The notes: a model not told the origin generated them from the letters alone. A DNA stretch of 64,000 bases from Bacteroidales bacterium (GCA_026416115.1 JAOAFU010000080.1:15899-79898), one strand, 5' to 3'; shown: positions 49,988 through 59,998, counted from the stretch's first letter. A program made the numbers and translations.

Positions 49988-51331
49988 TTGCCACGTAAAT
50001 TTCACATAACTAATATTTTAGGCCTGCAGCTTTTTCAGGTCTTACGTTTTGTCTCTTTTTTAATTATCAGTGCTGTTTTTACCCGCACCGAACTTACAAA
50101 AAAGGATATAGGAGACTTTGAGCTCTTGCTTTTTCTGGCCAGTGCGCTCACTTTTTTTTGGATTACTGGCATTATTCAGTCGTTGTTACCGCTATTCAAT
50201 AATAATAGTAGCTTTGTACAACGCAATAAGTTGCAAAAATCCCCCGAACTTTATAATGCTTTTTTACTTCTACTTTTCATCAGCTTTTTTATCACTGCTG
50301 CTGGCTTTATTTTAAAAGATGAAGTCGCATTCTATAAGGACGGTCATCCGCTTCCTTATGCTACACCGCTATTACTTTACATTTTTTTAAGTAGTCCTTC
50401 TTGTTTAAATGAGTATATTTACCTGTTATACAATAAAGCATCTCATATTTTAATCTATGGGCTACTGACTTTTACTTTGCAGGTAATATTTGCAATAGTT
50501 CCTGTTCATATGGGGTTTGGTATCGAAGGGGCTATTTGGGGTTTAGTGGCTGTTTCGGCTATTCGCTTTATTTGGCTGTTAATTCTTCTAAAAAAATATA
50601 GCGTACCTAAAGTTTCTTTCGATTTCCTTAAAGAGCTCATTATTCTATCGCTACCCTTGATGCTTAGCACTCTCTTAAGTGGTAGCTCTCAGTATATCGA
50701 TGGTTTAATTGTTTCGGCTAAATTCTCCCCTGAGAAGTTTGCAATTTTTCGTTATGGTGCAAAAGAAGTACCTTTGGTTGTAACACTTGCTAGCGGGCTT
50801 AATAATGCAATGCTTACGCAATTTGCATCAATCGATAAAATTAAGTATGGACTTCTTACCCTTAAAAAGCGATCGTTGCGATTGATGCATATTCTTTTTC
50901 CTATCTCTATTCTATTACTCTTTTTTAGCGACATCTTGTTTCATGTCCTTTTCACCCGAAATTTTGTTCAGAGCTCCGACGTTTTCATGGTTTATGTTTT
51001 ACTTATAACAAGCCGACTTATCTTTCCTCAGACCATCCTGATAGGTCTTAAGAAAAATAAGGTTGTAATGTTTACATCAATTCTGAACATTGTATTAAAC
51101 ATCGGACTTACTTTGCTTATGATACCTCGGTATGGAATTGTGGGGGTTGCTGTTGCTACGGTTATCATTTATGTGATCGAAAAATTGGTGTTGGTAGCAT
51201 ATAATTATTTCAAATTGGGTATCAAACCTACCGATTATATACCAGTGGGCTGGTATGTGTTTTATTCTTCCTTAATTACCCTTATTTTTGTGCTTATCGA
51301 CCACCGTATATTGGTTGTACGTTTGTATTAA
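49988..51331 (+). CDS. MOP-superfamily polysaccharide/oligosaccharide flippase (Wzx-like)
   Basis: 447 aa with ~12-14 TM helices and a typical polysaccharide-biosynthesis-protein layout. It uses a TTG start, and no in-frame ATG lies nearby. Confidence 0.6.
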   Translation: MPRKFHITNILGLQLFQVLRFVSFLIISAVFTRTELTKKDIGDFELLLFLASALTFFWITGIIQSLLPLFNNNSSFVQRNKLQKSPELYNAFLLLLFISFFITAAGFILKDEVAFYKDGHPLPYATPLLLYIFLSSPSCLNEYIYLLYNKASHILIYGLLTFTLQVIFAIVPVHMGFGIEGAIWGLVAVSAIRFIWLLILLKKYSVPKVSFDFLKELIILSLPLMLSTLLSGSSQYIDGLIVSAKFSPEKFAIFRYGAKEVPLVVTLASGLNNAMLTQFASIDKIKYGLLTLKKRSLRLMHILFPISILLLFFSDILFHVLFTRNFVQSSDVFMVYVLLITSRLIFPQTILIGLKKNKVVMFTSILNIVLNIGLTLLMIPRYGIVGVAVATVIIYVIEKLVLVAYNYFKLGIKPTDYIPVGWYVFYSSLITLIFVLIDHRILVVRLY

Positions 51332-51344
51332 TTTTAGCTTTTGA

Positions 51345-52778
51345 ATGTTACGACGCGATTTTTTACGTTTACTGGGTTTAACGACTGCAGGGATTGGGAT
51401 TGGACAAAATGTTAGAGCAAAAGCATATCTTTCTACCGACGATATTAAGGCAATTCATTTTGACAAGTTTTGGTGGGGTGTAGCCACCGCAGCCTATCAG
51501 ATAGAAGGAGCTGCAAATGTCGATGGAAAAGGTTTGTCAATTTGGGATAAGTTTACGCACGAAAAGCTTGGGAGAATTAAAGATAGATCCAATGCTGATG
51601 TAGCTTGCGATTTTTATCAAAGATTTTCGACCGATATTCCGTTAACCGCCTCTCTTGGATTCAATGCTTTCCGTTTTTCTACTTCCTGGACTAGAATTAT
51701 GCCCAATGGTTCGGGTGAGATTAATCTTAAAGGGATAGATTATTATCATCGGGTTATCGACACTTGTCTTGAAAATGGACTTACACCATGGCTAACCCTC
51801 TACCATTGGGATTTACCTCAGAGTCTCGAGGAAAGGGGTGGATGGCAGAATAGGGAAATTGTCGACTGGTTTGGCGAATATACCTATTTGTGCGCAAAGA
51901 CATATGGTGATAAAGTTAAGCACTGGATAGTTCTAAACGAACCTCTAAGTTTCACGCTTTTTGGCTATGGCATAGGAATTCATGCCCCTGGAAAAATTGG
52001 ATTGGATAAATTCTTCAGAGCTGCACATCATGCCGCGCTTGCACAAGCTGAGGGTGGGCGGATATTACGACAAGTTATTGGCTCAGATGCGCATATTGGC
52101 TCAGCTTTTTCCTGCTCGCCTATTTATCCATTCAATCCTAATTCCGAGCACGATGTAAGAGCTGCAGTACGTATCGATGCCGTAGTAAACAGGATGTTCA
52201 CTGAGCCTACGCTAGGTATGGGATATCCATACAACGATGCCCCCATTCTTCGTAAAATAGATAAACATATGCTGCCCAACGACGAAAAAAAGTTGGTTTT
52301 CGATTTCGACTTCTGGGGTCTACAACACTATTTCAGAATTGTTCTTAAAGGTAATGCGCTTATTCCTATTCTAAAGGCCTATCAGGTAAAACCTTCAAAA
52401 CTGGGTAAAACTACTACTATGAACTGGGAAATTTTTCCCGAAGGAATTTATCAAATCCTAAAGCAATTTCAGAAATATCCTGTGAAAGAATTTGTGATTA
52501 CAGAGAATGGAGCAGCCTTTGCTGAAAAGTTAGAGAATAACACAGTTAACGATCTTCAACGTATCAGCTATTTTCAGGAATACCTTGCGCAGGTTTTAAG
52601 AGCAAAAAAAGAAGGAGTACCAGTTTCAGGATATTTTGTCTGGACATTGATGGATAATTTCGAATGGGCTGAGGGTTTCACTCAACGATTTGGTATAGTA
52701 TACAACGACTTTCAAACTCAGCAGCGATATCTCAAACAGTCGGCTTTGTGGTGGAAAGACTTTTTAAATGCTAAGTAG
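51345..52778 (+). CDS. GH1 beta-glucosidase with a Tat-type signal peptide
   Basis: Acid/base motif VLNEP and nucleophile motif ITENGAAF, plus FWWGVATAAYQIEGA. The N-terminus MLRRDFLRLLGLTTAGIGIGQNVRA resembles a twin-arginine signal. Confidence 0.9.
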   Translation: MLRRDFLRLLGLTTAGIGIGQNVRAKAYLSTDDIKAIHFDKFWWGVATAAYQIEGAANVDGKGLSIWDKFTHEKLGRIKDRSNADVACDFYQRFSTDIPLTASLGFNAFRFSTSWTRIMPNGSGEINLKGIDYYHRVIDTCLENGLTPWLTLYHWDLPQSLEERGGWQNREIVDWFGEYTYLCAKTYGDKVKHWIVLNEPLSFTLFGYGIGIHAPGKIGLDKFFRAAHHAALAQAEGGRILRQVIGSDAHIGSAFSCSPIYPFNPNSEHDVRAAVRIDAVVNRMFTEPTLGMGYPYNDAPILRKIDKHMLPNDEKKLVFDFDFWGLQHYFRIVLKGNALIPILKAYQVKPSKLGKTTTMNWEIFPEGIYQILKQFQKYPVKEFVITENGAAFAEKLENNTVNDLQRISYFQEYLAQVLRAKKEGVPVSGYFVWTLMDNFEWAEGFTQRFGIVYNDFQTQQRYLKQSALWWKDFLNAK

Positions 52779-53216
52779 AACCTTTATTACCACTTTGCGC
52801 ACAATCGACGATTCATTGATCATGATGCCTGGTTTGTGATATTCGCCTGGAAACAGGATGACAAAATAATCGTTACCCAGAGGTAGCTCGTATCCTTTAC
52901 CTTGGAAAAAGGCTATATCTTTTTCTTCGTTATATGGTTCGATACATTGAAAATTATCCCCTGCCGAGTATCCAATTTTTTCTTCACCCCAAATAAGGTA
53001 TTGAATGTCGAGATATTTCCGATGCGCCTCCCATCGAAGTTGATCGGCTGATTGGGTGGGGTACTCGTTGATAATAGCATAAATATCCCTAGTCAAATCA
53101 TATCTTTGAGGTGGTAATTCAGCTAAACTATTGTTAGTTAAGAATTGGTGTATGATTTTAAATTCGGGAAAGATAGGCTTATAACGCTGAAGTTGTTGGA
53201 TTTTGTCGCAAATCAT
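52764..53216 (-). CDS. YhcH/YjgK/YiaL family protein (DUF386)
   Basis: 150 aa. The pattern ...AHRKYLDIQYLIWGEEKIGY...FFQGKGYELPLGNDYFVILFPGEYHKP is typical of the family. It converges on the GH1 gene and overlaps it by 15 nt. Confidence 0.7.
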   Translation of the reverse strand: MICDKIQQLQRYKPIFPEFKIIHQFLTNNSLAELPPQRYDLTRDIYAIINEYPTQSADQLRWEAHRKYLDIQYLIWGEEKIGYSAGDNFQCIEPYNEEKDIAFFQGKGYELPLGNDYFVILFPGEYHKPGIMINESSIVRKVVIKVLLSI

Positions 53217-53227
53217 AAAAACTGTAT

Positions 53228-55186
53228 TTAAGGATAAATGGTTCGGTTTCCAAGTGATATGGCAAAAGTACGTTTAATCTGATTTAAATGTTGTATGTGA
53301 GCGCTAAGCATGGAAATTTTTCCTTCGTCGTTTTGTTCTTGAGCCTCTTTAAGTTGTTCTATCATTTGATTGAGCAAAGCAAGCGCTTTCTTATTCTTAA
53401 AATCCATCACAACAGAGGGTACCAGATCCTGAAGTTTCATCTCTTCGGTTTCGATCAAATTATCGGTATATCGGGCAAATAATTTTTTGCTTATAACATC
53501 TTTTTTTGATATCAGGTCGCTTACAACCGTTGTTACTTCCGGATTGGGGTGTCGGACAAAATATTCGAGTGCCATTTCACTGTCGTTGAAGTAATATCGG
53601 GCATATTCGGCAAAAATAATTTTATAAATAGGATGTTGAAAAGTTAGCTCGTCTTTAAGCACTTCCGAAATAATATACTGCGCAACAGTAATTATCCATT
53701 GTTCAGAGGAATTAGGGTGATTGCCCTGAAACAGAATATGATTCCCATAATTTAGCAATAATCGCACTAACTCTCGTTCATTTGTCTCGAAAGGGTTTGC
53801 TACTGCTTGTGGAACATGTATATTGCTAGACTCGGAAGTTACGCCATATGCTTCAACATGCTGTAGAGGTATTTTTTTCTCGAAATATTTACGGCGAAAT
53901 TGAATAATTTGAGAGTACAATAGTTGTTCGCCAGTTTTAAGAAGGGCTGCACATTCTTTTACGTATACCGAACGAATAATAGGATCGGGTATTACAGCAA
54001 TCGACTGAACAATATCGGAAATAAGAGTAGCCTTTTTTATTGGATCGGTTTGGGCCTCTTTTATTAGCAAATGTGTTTTGAAAAGAACAAAATCGGTTTC
54101 GTTGTCCTGAAAAAATTTTGTCACTTCGGCCGGAGGATGCGAACGACAAAATGAATCGGGATCTTCTCCTTCGGGAAGTAATATTACCTTGACATTTAAT
54201 CCTTCTTCCAAGACCATATCGATACCTCGTAATGCGGCCTTAATGCCTGCCGCATCGCCATCGTACACAATAGTAACATTGTTGGTAAAACGTTTAATAA
54301 GACGAATCTGGTCGACAGTCAAAGAGGTACCCGACGAAGCAACTACATTTTCGATACCTGCCTGATGCAAAGAAATAACGTCGGTATATCCTTCGACAAG
54401 GTAACATTTATCGTATTGTGAAATAGCTTTTTTGGCTTGAAAAATGCCGTATAGCGTTTTGCTTTTATGGTAAATTTCCGACTCGGGCGAATTGATATAT
54501 TTGGCTATATTTTTATCGGTCGACAGAGTCCGTCCGCCAAAAGCAATTACTTGCCCAGCAAGGCTATGAATAGGAAATATTACTCTACCCGTAAACCGAT
54601 CGTAATGGTGACCTTCTTTTTCTGATATCAATCCAGCTTTAAGAAGGAATTCGGGTTTGTAGCCCCCTTTGAGAGCTGTTTCGGTAAAAGCACGACGATT
54701 ATCGGGAGCATAACCCAGCTGAAACTTATCTATCATATCGTCGCGGATACCTCGTTCTCGAAAGTACGAAAGACCTATCGAACGACCTTCGTCGGTAGTA
54801 AGTAAGGTCTGGTGAAAAAAACGGCCAGCAAAAGCTGTAACAACCAATAGGCTTTCGCGTTCGTTCTTCAGTGCAAGGTCGTCGGAAGTTGCTTCTTTCT
54901 CAATTATGGGAATGTTGTATTTCCTGGCAAGATACTTGAGGGCCTCGTAATAGCTTAACCCCTCGTGTTCCATGATAAAATTAACAGCATTTCCTCCCTT
55001 CCCACAACCAAAACATTTGTATATCCCTTTCGATGGTGAAACCGAAAACGATGGGGTCTTTTCATTGTGAAAAGGACAAAGGCCTGTGTAATTGGCTCCT
55101 CTACGTTTTAAAGTTACAAAGTCGCCAACCACTTCCACTATCTGTGCTGTCTCATAAATCCTATCGATGGTGGACTGATCAATCAT
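53228..55186 (-). CDS. dnaG: DNA primase
   Basis: Zinc-binding motif CPFHNEKTPSFSVSPSKGIYKCFGCGKGGN and a TOPRIM region (LVEGYTDVISL, YDGDAAG). Confidence 0.95.
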   Translation of the reverse strand: MIDQSTIDRIYETAQIVEVVGDFVTLKRRGANYTGLCPFHNEKTPSFSVSPSKGIYKCFGCGKGGNAVNFIMEHEGLSYYEALKYLARKYNIPIIEKEATSDDLALKNERESLLVVTAFAGRFFHQTLLTTDEGRSIGLSYFRERGIRDDMIDKFQLGYAPDNRRAFTETALKGGYKPEFLLKAGLISEKEGHHYDRFTGRVIFPIHSLAGQVIAFGGRTLSTDKNIAKYINSPESEIYHKSKTLYGIFQAKKAISQYDKCYLVEGYTDVISLHQAGIENVVASSGTSLTVDQIRLIKRFTNNVTIVYDGDAAGIKAALRGIDMVLEEGLNVKVILLPEGEDPDSFCRSHPPAEVTKFFQDNETDFVLFKTHLLIKEAQTDPIKKATLISDIVQSIAVIPDPIIRSVYVKECAALLKTGEQLLYSQIIQFRRKYFEKKIPLQHVEAYGVTSESSNIHVPQAVANPFETNERELVRLLLNYGNHILFQGNHPNSSEQWIITVAQYIISEVLKDELTFQHPIYKIIFAEYARYYFNDSEMALEYFVRHPNPEVTTVVSDLISKKDVISKKLFARYTDNLIETEEMKLQDLVPSVVMDFKNKKALALLNQMIEQLKEAQEQNDEGKISMLSAHIQHLNQIKRTFAISLGNRTIYP

Positions 55187-55244
55187 AGCGCATGAAAATT
55201 CATGGCTAAGTTAACTATTTTGAAAGGAATGGGGTAAAAAAATA

Positions 55245-57644
55245 TTACCCCATGATGGCCACAATCGTATTTTCTTCTTTTAAAACATGGTAGGGTATCA
55301 AATTTCCTTCAATTATCTGCCCGTTGACTACTATACGTTTAATACCCTTCTCGACTCTTTCGGGATTAGAAATTTTAATATTCAACAATTTTCCACGGAA
55401 TCGACGTACAACCGAAAACTCTTCCCATTGGGCTGGAATGCAAGGATCTATTATCATCCCATAATAATGAGGGCGAATACCCAGAATATATTGCGTTGCT
55501 ACATAGTACGACCAAGTAGCAGAACCGCTTAGCCAAGGAAGACGTGAGGCTCCAAAATGAGGACTGTATTTTCCATGAGTCGATTGGTTATATACGTATG
55601 GTTCAATTTGTCGGATTTCGGCTCTATCATTATAGGCTGCCGGAAGGTATGCTCTGAAATATTGATATGCTCTGGATCCTCTGCCAAGAATAGTTTCGGC
55701 CATTACAGCCCAGCCTTGCGTATGGGTAAAAATGGCTCCGTTTTCTTTCATGCTTGGGTTAAATAGAGCCGAACGTATGGTTTGATAGTCGACCCCATAG
55801 GTGTAAGGTGGATTACATAGCGCAATACCATACTCGGTTGCCAACCATTCGTGTACTTTATCCATTACTAGATAAGCCTTTTCTTTGTCGACAATACCAC
55901 TTATAACAGCCCAAGCTTGAGGATTAAGATATATCTTTCCTTCTTTGTTTTCGCGAGAACCAACTTTTTCGCCAGCAGCAGTGTATCCCCGTAAAAACCA
56001 TTCGCCATCCCAACCGTATTGCCAAATTTTTGTATCCATTTCGCTTAGTTGAGCACTAGCCCATTGTTTTTCAGATTCATTTTCGAGGACTTCACATATT
56101 TCAATATATTCTTTTAAAGCAAAGCGTATTTGCATGGCCACAAACATGCTAACACCTCGACGTCCGAATCTTAGACAGTCGTTCCAGTCGGCCAACAAAC
56201 CACTGGGTAAATCGTACCAACCAACTCTTTCGAGGTTAAATTCTATAGCTTTACGAAGATGTCCCAACACAGAATCCTCGCCCTTATCGGCATATGGGAG
56301 CACTTTATTGTAAAAGTCAATATCGCCTGTTTCTTTAACATAGGCTGGAACTGCGTTAAAAAGCCACAAACAGTCGTCGGAACGGTATTGGTTTTCATCT
56401 GGTGCTTTCTCGTGTCCGGGTTTATGAGTAATTCTATTAACTACAGGCATAGCTCCACCGGTTGAGACCTGACCTGTTATCATCAGCTCGAGACGTTGTC
56501 GGGCGTCGTCGGGGCTGTTAGCAATAACACCCAAAACATCCTGTACGCTATCGCGGTAACCGAGTCCATCGCGTTCCATAGCTGTATAAACCAGGCTGGC
56601 TGCACGACTCCAATTGAAGGTAACCTGACAGTTGTAAGGACTCCACATATTTAACATGCTGTTTAACTCGGGATCGGGCGTTGTTACCTGAATAGCATCG
56701 ATACGGCTGTGCCAATAATTTTTTAAGCGTTCAAGCTCGTACTCAAGAATATCCACTCGGCCAAAATTTTGCACAGCATTTTTACCTTCTTTTGCAGCTT
56801 CGCCAATTCCCATCAAAACAATCAAATCGCGACTTTCGCCTGGTGCAAGTTCAATATCAATTTGGGTTACACCGCAAACATTGTCGCCAGCAGCCATAAA
56901 ATTGCTACATTTCCCCTTTTCAACAACAATTGGATTGGCATAGGTGCGGTAAGGGCCTAGAAAACGCGACAGGTCGGTCTCGTGGCCTGCAATCTCACCA
57001 CCCAAAAAGGCCAAAAATGTATGTCTTCCCTGATCGTTCTCTGCAAAGTTTTCAGGCATTGGAGGAATATGTACGTTGGTTCCATGATCAATAATCCCGT
57101 CAACAACCGACATTTTAGCAATATACTGGGTGTACTGCAGGTTTAGCAGATCCTGAAGTGCATTCCAGCAATTTGCGTATTCTACGAAAGTAAAAATACT
57201 CAGCTTACGTAATTTCTGGTCGTTGTTAGTAACTTTCAACTTCCATACCTCGAAGGTTTGTCCAAGAGGAACAAAATAGGTTGTTTCGGTTGCAATGTTG
57301 CTATATTTTGAGGAAATGATGGTATATGCTGCACCGTGCCGACATTCCGTTTGATAAAGTTCGAGGGGTTTACCTACAGGTTGCCACGAGGCCGACCAAT
57401 AATCGCCACTTTCTTTATCACGAAGGTATAAATATCTGCCTGGTTGGTCCATTGGTATGGCATTAAATCGTATGCGAGTAAAACGACCCATACCCCCCGA
57501 TTTATAGAAACTATATCCCCCTGCATTATTAGTAATAATAGCTCCATATTCTGTTGAACCCAGATAATTACTCCACGAGCGTGGTGTGTCGGGACGAGTA
57601 ATGACATATTCCTTGCGAATATCGTCGAAATATCCGAATTGCAT
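55245..57644 (-). CDS. GH94 cellobiose (or cellodextrin/chitobiose) phosphorylase
   Basis: Collinear by-eye match to clostridial cellobiose phosphorylase: MQFGYFDD..KEYVIT.P.TP..W.NYLG, YRDSVQD, ADWNDCL, GEWFLRGY, PYVYNQS, and a C-terminus ending ...IMG. Length ~800 aa. Confidence 0.9.
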   Translation of the reverse strand: MQFGYFDDIRKEYVITRPDTPRSWSNYLGSTEYGAIITNNAGGYSFYKSGGMGRFTRIRFNAIPMDQPGRYLYLRDKESGDYWSASWQPVGKPLELYQTECRHGAAYTIISSKYSNIATETTYFVPLGQTFEVWKLKVTNNDQKLRKLSIFTFVEYANCWNALQDLLNLQYTQYIAKMSVVDGIIDHGTNVHIPPMPENFAENDQGRHTFLAFLGGEIAGHETDLSRFLGPYRTYANPIVVEKGKCSNFMAAGDNVCGVTQIDIELAPGESRDLIVLMGIGEAAKEGKNAVQNFGRVDILEYELERLKNYWHSRIDAIQVTTPDPELNSMLNMWSPYNCQVTFNWSRAASLVYTAMERDGLGYRDSVQDVLGVIANSPDDARQRLELMITGQVSTGGAMPVVNRITHKPGHEKAPDENQYRSDDCLWLFNAVPAYVKETGDIDFYNKVLPYADKGEDSVLGHLRKAIEFNLERVGWYDLPSGLLADWNDCLRFGRRGVSMFVAMQIRFALKEYIEICEVLENESEKQWASAQLSEMDTKIWQYGWDGEWFLRGYTAAGEKVGSRENKEGKIYLNPQAWAVISGIVDKEKAYLVMDKVHEWLATEYGIALCNPPYTYGVDYQTIRSALFNPSMKENGAIFTHTQGWAVMAETILGRGSRAYQYFRAYLPAAYNDRAEIRQIEPYVYNQSTHGKYSPHFGASRLPWLSGSATWSYYVATQYILGIRPHYYGMIIDPCIPAQWEEFSVVRRFRGKLLNIKISNPERVEKGIKRIVVNGQIIEGNLIPYHVLKEENTIVAIMG

Positions 57645-57666
57645 AGTTTTCTGATTAAAATAGTTA

Positions 57667-59874
57667 CTAATTGTTTAAATTACGTCGCTGTGCTAATTCT
57701 GCTGTCATTTGTGCCAGCGTTTTTTCATTGAGCTTATAGAAGAGCATGGTCAGCCCTGCTAAAATGAGACCCATTGTAGGGATGTAACTTATCAGTAATC
57801 GTATACCTTCTTGGGCGTGCGCATTCTGTAATACATTGGCCTGAAAACCAAAATAAGCCAACAACCAGCCTGTAATTGCACTTCCAATAGCCCAACCAAA
57901 TTTAAGCGAGAAGACCGAAGCTGAAAGAACTAATCCTGTAGCCCGTCTACCGGTTTTCCATTCCGAATAGTCGGCAGAGTCGGTGTACATAGCCCACAAA
58001 AGAGGGGACAAAGGACCGGTAAAAAACTGAAGTATAGTTTGTAAGGCAAACATGGGAATCAGCTGGTCGGGTTTTACGTAGTAAGTCAATATTGTAAATA
58101 GCGAGCCCATAATGATGAGCGCAATGAAAGAGGACTTTTTTCCGTACTTTTTTGCCACAAATTGAATAAGAAAAGCACCTGCAAGGGAGGCAAGTGTTCC
58201 TGCAACAAGATATAACGATGCCAACTGGGTGTTTCCTACATAGTACTTAAAGTAGTAAATAATTGCGCTTTGTCTTACTGCAACATAAATTTGCATAAAA
58301 ATACTTAACGCAAAAAGTGCTAACCATGGCTTATTCTTTAGGAGGTCTTTAAGATCGTCTTTTATAGACGAAACTTTTTCGCTAATAGGCTTCACTCTTT
58401 CGCGGGTTGTAGCGAAAGTTATAAAAAACATCATAATAGCAATCAATGCAAATACCGACATGGTATGAAAATATCCTTTGGCTTCATTTACAACAGTTGC
58501 CGAAAACTGCATATCATTTCCGTCAATATCTGTAAAAATACTTGCCAAGGATATGGTATCTACACCAAAACCTTTATCTAGGGTTTGGTTTGGAATGAAT
58601 TGTTTTACGAACGGCGGATTGTTGCCTTTATGCACTACCGAAATTTTAAGTGTATCTGTTGCATAGCCTCCTTGTGTGTCGTAAGCATAAACAATTATAT
58701 TGGCAAAGCCTAAACCTGCTTCTTTTATTACCAATTGTCCATCTTTGATAGTAGCACCTACTACTTTAGGGTCGGTTGATGTGGCAAAAAAATGTAACTT
58801 GTCTGAGGTATTGTCGACAAACAATCCCGACAAAGGAATAATTTGTGATTTAAAATTTTGTTCCAGAGTAAGTGGTTGAAGTCGGTTTGCTACTCGAGGG
58901 AAGTTATTATTTTTGTTGGAAATAATGATAGGAAACGATAACGTAGCTGTTCCTGCTTTATTGCTAGCATTAACAGTTATCGTAGCAAGCCCTTTACCCT
59001 TTTCGTGAATAAACAGCAAGCCATTTTTAATAGAAAGTTTGGCTACTCTTGGATTGTCAATCTGGACGTCAAATTCTAATGTTTTCGCGTCGGGTGAACT
59101 GAAAAATTGATTCAGATCAACTGTATGTGTTAAAAAACCAGACCATAAGGTATCGGGTTGAGGTTGTGCTAAGATTTTGGGAGGTTTAAGTCCTGGTTTT
59201 AAAATTTTAACAACAAACTCAGTTGCTTGAGTTGCTCCACTACTATCTTTTGCAGTAACAATAATGCGTGCCGAACCTGTTCCTTTTTCAAAGAGTATAA
59301 GCTTGTCACCTTCTAGTTTAGATTCAACAATTTTATTATCGTCCTTACCCAGCTGATTGACAAGGGGTAGTGTAGCTGCTTGAACAACTATTCCAGCCAA
59401 AAAGGCAAACACGAACTTATACGAGGAAGCACTCTCACGTGCATGAGGGTCGGGCGATATTACACCTAAAAGGGCAGAATAAGGAACATTGATGAGCGAG
59501 TAGATCATCATCATAAGCGTATAGGTAATGTAAGCAAAAATGAGCTTACCCCCCTGGCTTAGATCGGGAGCTAAGTATGTAAGTGCGCCTATTACGCCAA
59601 AAGGAACAGCCAACCAAAGAAGATAAGGTCGAAATTTACCCCATCGGGACTGAGTACGATCGGCTATAATACCAACCAAAGGATCGAAAAAAGTATCCCA
59701 CACGCGGGTAACCAAAAACATGGTTCCTACAGCAGCTGCCGAAAGTCCAAAGATATCGGTATAATAATACAGTAAAAAAATGGTGAAAGGTTGCCAAAAC
59801 AGGTTCGATGCAAAATCGCCTGTAGCATAGCCAAGCTTTTCCTTTAAGCTTAGCTTAAAAGATGTTAAGTTCAT
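57667..59874 (-). CDS. GPH-family (MFS_2) glycoside:cation symporter carrying a ~290-aa cadherin/Ig-like repeat insertion in loop 5-6
   Basis: GPH loop 2-3 signature GIIADRTQSRWGKFRPY, with 5 TM before and 7 TM after an insert spanning track residues ~200-490. The likely start MNLTSFKLSLKEKLGY is at 59874; the track ORF begins at 59946. It lies 22 nt upstream of the GH94 gene on the same strand. Confidence 0.8.
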   Translation of the reverse strand: MNLTSFKLSLKEKLGYATGDFASNLFWQPFTIFLLYYYTDIFGLSAAAVGTMFLVTRVWDTFFDPLVGIIADRTQSRWGKFRPYLLWLAVPFGVIGALTYLAPDLSQGGKLIFAYITYTLMMMIYSLINVPYSALLGVISPDPHARESASSYKFVFAFLAGIVVQAATLPLVNQLGKDDNKIVESKLEGDKLILFEKGTGSARIIVTAKDSSGATQATEFVVKILKPGLKPPKILAQPQPDTLWSGFLTHTVDLNQFFSSPDAKTLEFDVQIDNPRVAKLSIKNGLLFIHEKGKGLATITVNASNKAGTATLSFPIIISNKNNNFPRVANRLQPLTLEQNFKSQIIPLSGLFVDNTSDKLHFFATSTDPKVVGATIKDGQLVIKEAGLGFANIIVYAYDTQGGYATDTLKISVVHKGNNPPFVKQFIPNQTLDKGFGVDTISLASIFTDIDGNDMQFSATVVNEAKGYFHTMSVFALIAIMMFFITFATTRERVKPISEKVSSIKDDLKDLLKNKPWLALFALSIFMQIYVAVRQSAIIYYFKYYVGNTQLASLYLVAGTLASLAGAFLIQFVAKKYGKKSSFIALIIMGSLFTILTYYVKPDQLIPMFALQTILQFFTGPLSPLLWAMYTDSADYSEWKTGRRATGLVLSASVFSLKFGWAIGSAITGWLLAYFGFQANVLQNAHAQEGIRLLISYIPTMGLILAGLTMLFYKLNEKTLAQMTAELAQRRNLNN

Positions 59875-59975
59875 AGGTGTGTGTGTTAAGTTTTTCTCTG
59901 GGTGCATAAGTAACAAATCTTTCCGAAATTTCAAAATTGTATGCAAATTAGCAAAAGGAAATAAACTGAAAAAGT

Positions 59976-59983
59976 TATTTTTG
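59976..59983 (+). promoter_or_regulatory. Bacteroidota -7 promoter box TATTTTTG upstream of the GroES-like gene
   Basis: Exact TAnnTTTG match ending 15 nt before the ATG at 59999. Confidence 0.35.
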
Positions 59984-59998
59984 CCGAAAATTTTTTGT

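Noticed and set aside
51345-59874. Candidate polysaccharide utilisation locus (PUL)
   Set aside because: There is no SusC/SusD pair or hybrid two-component/ECF regulator. The glycan genes are interrupted by dnaG and a YhcH-family gene and lie on different strands. It is not a canonical PUL.
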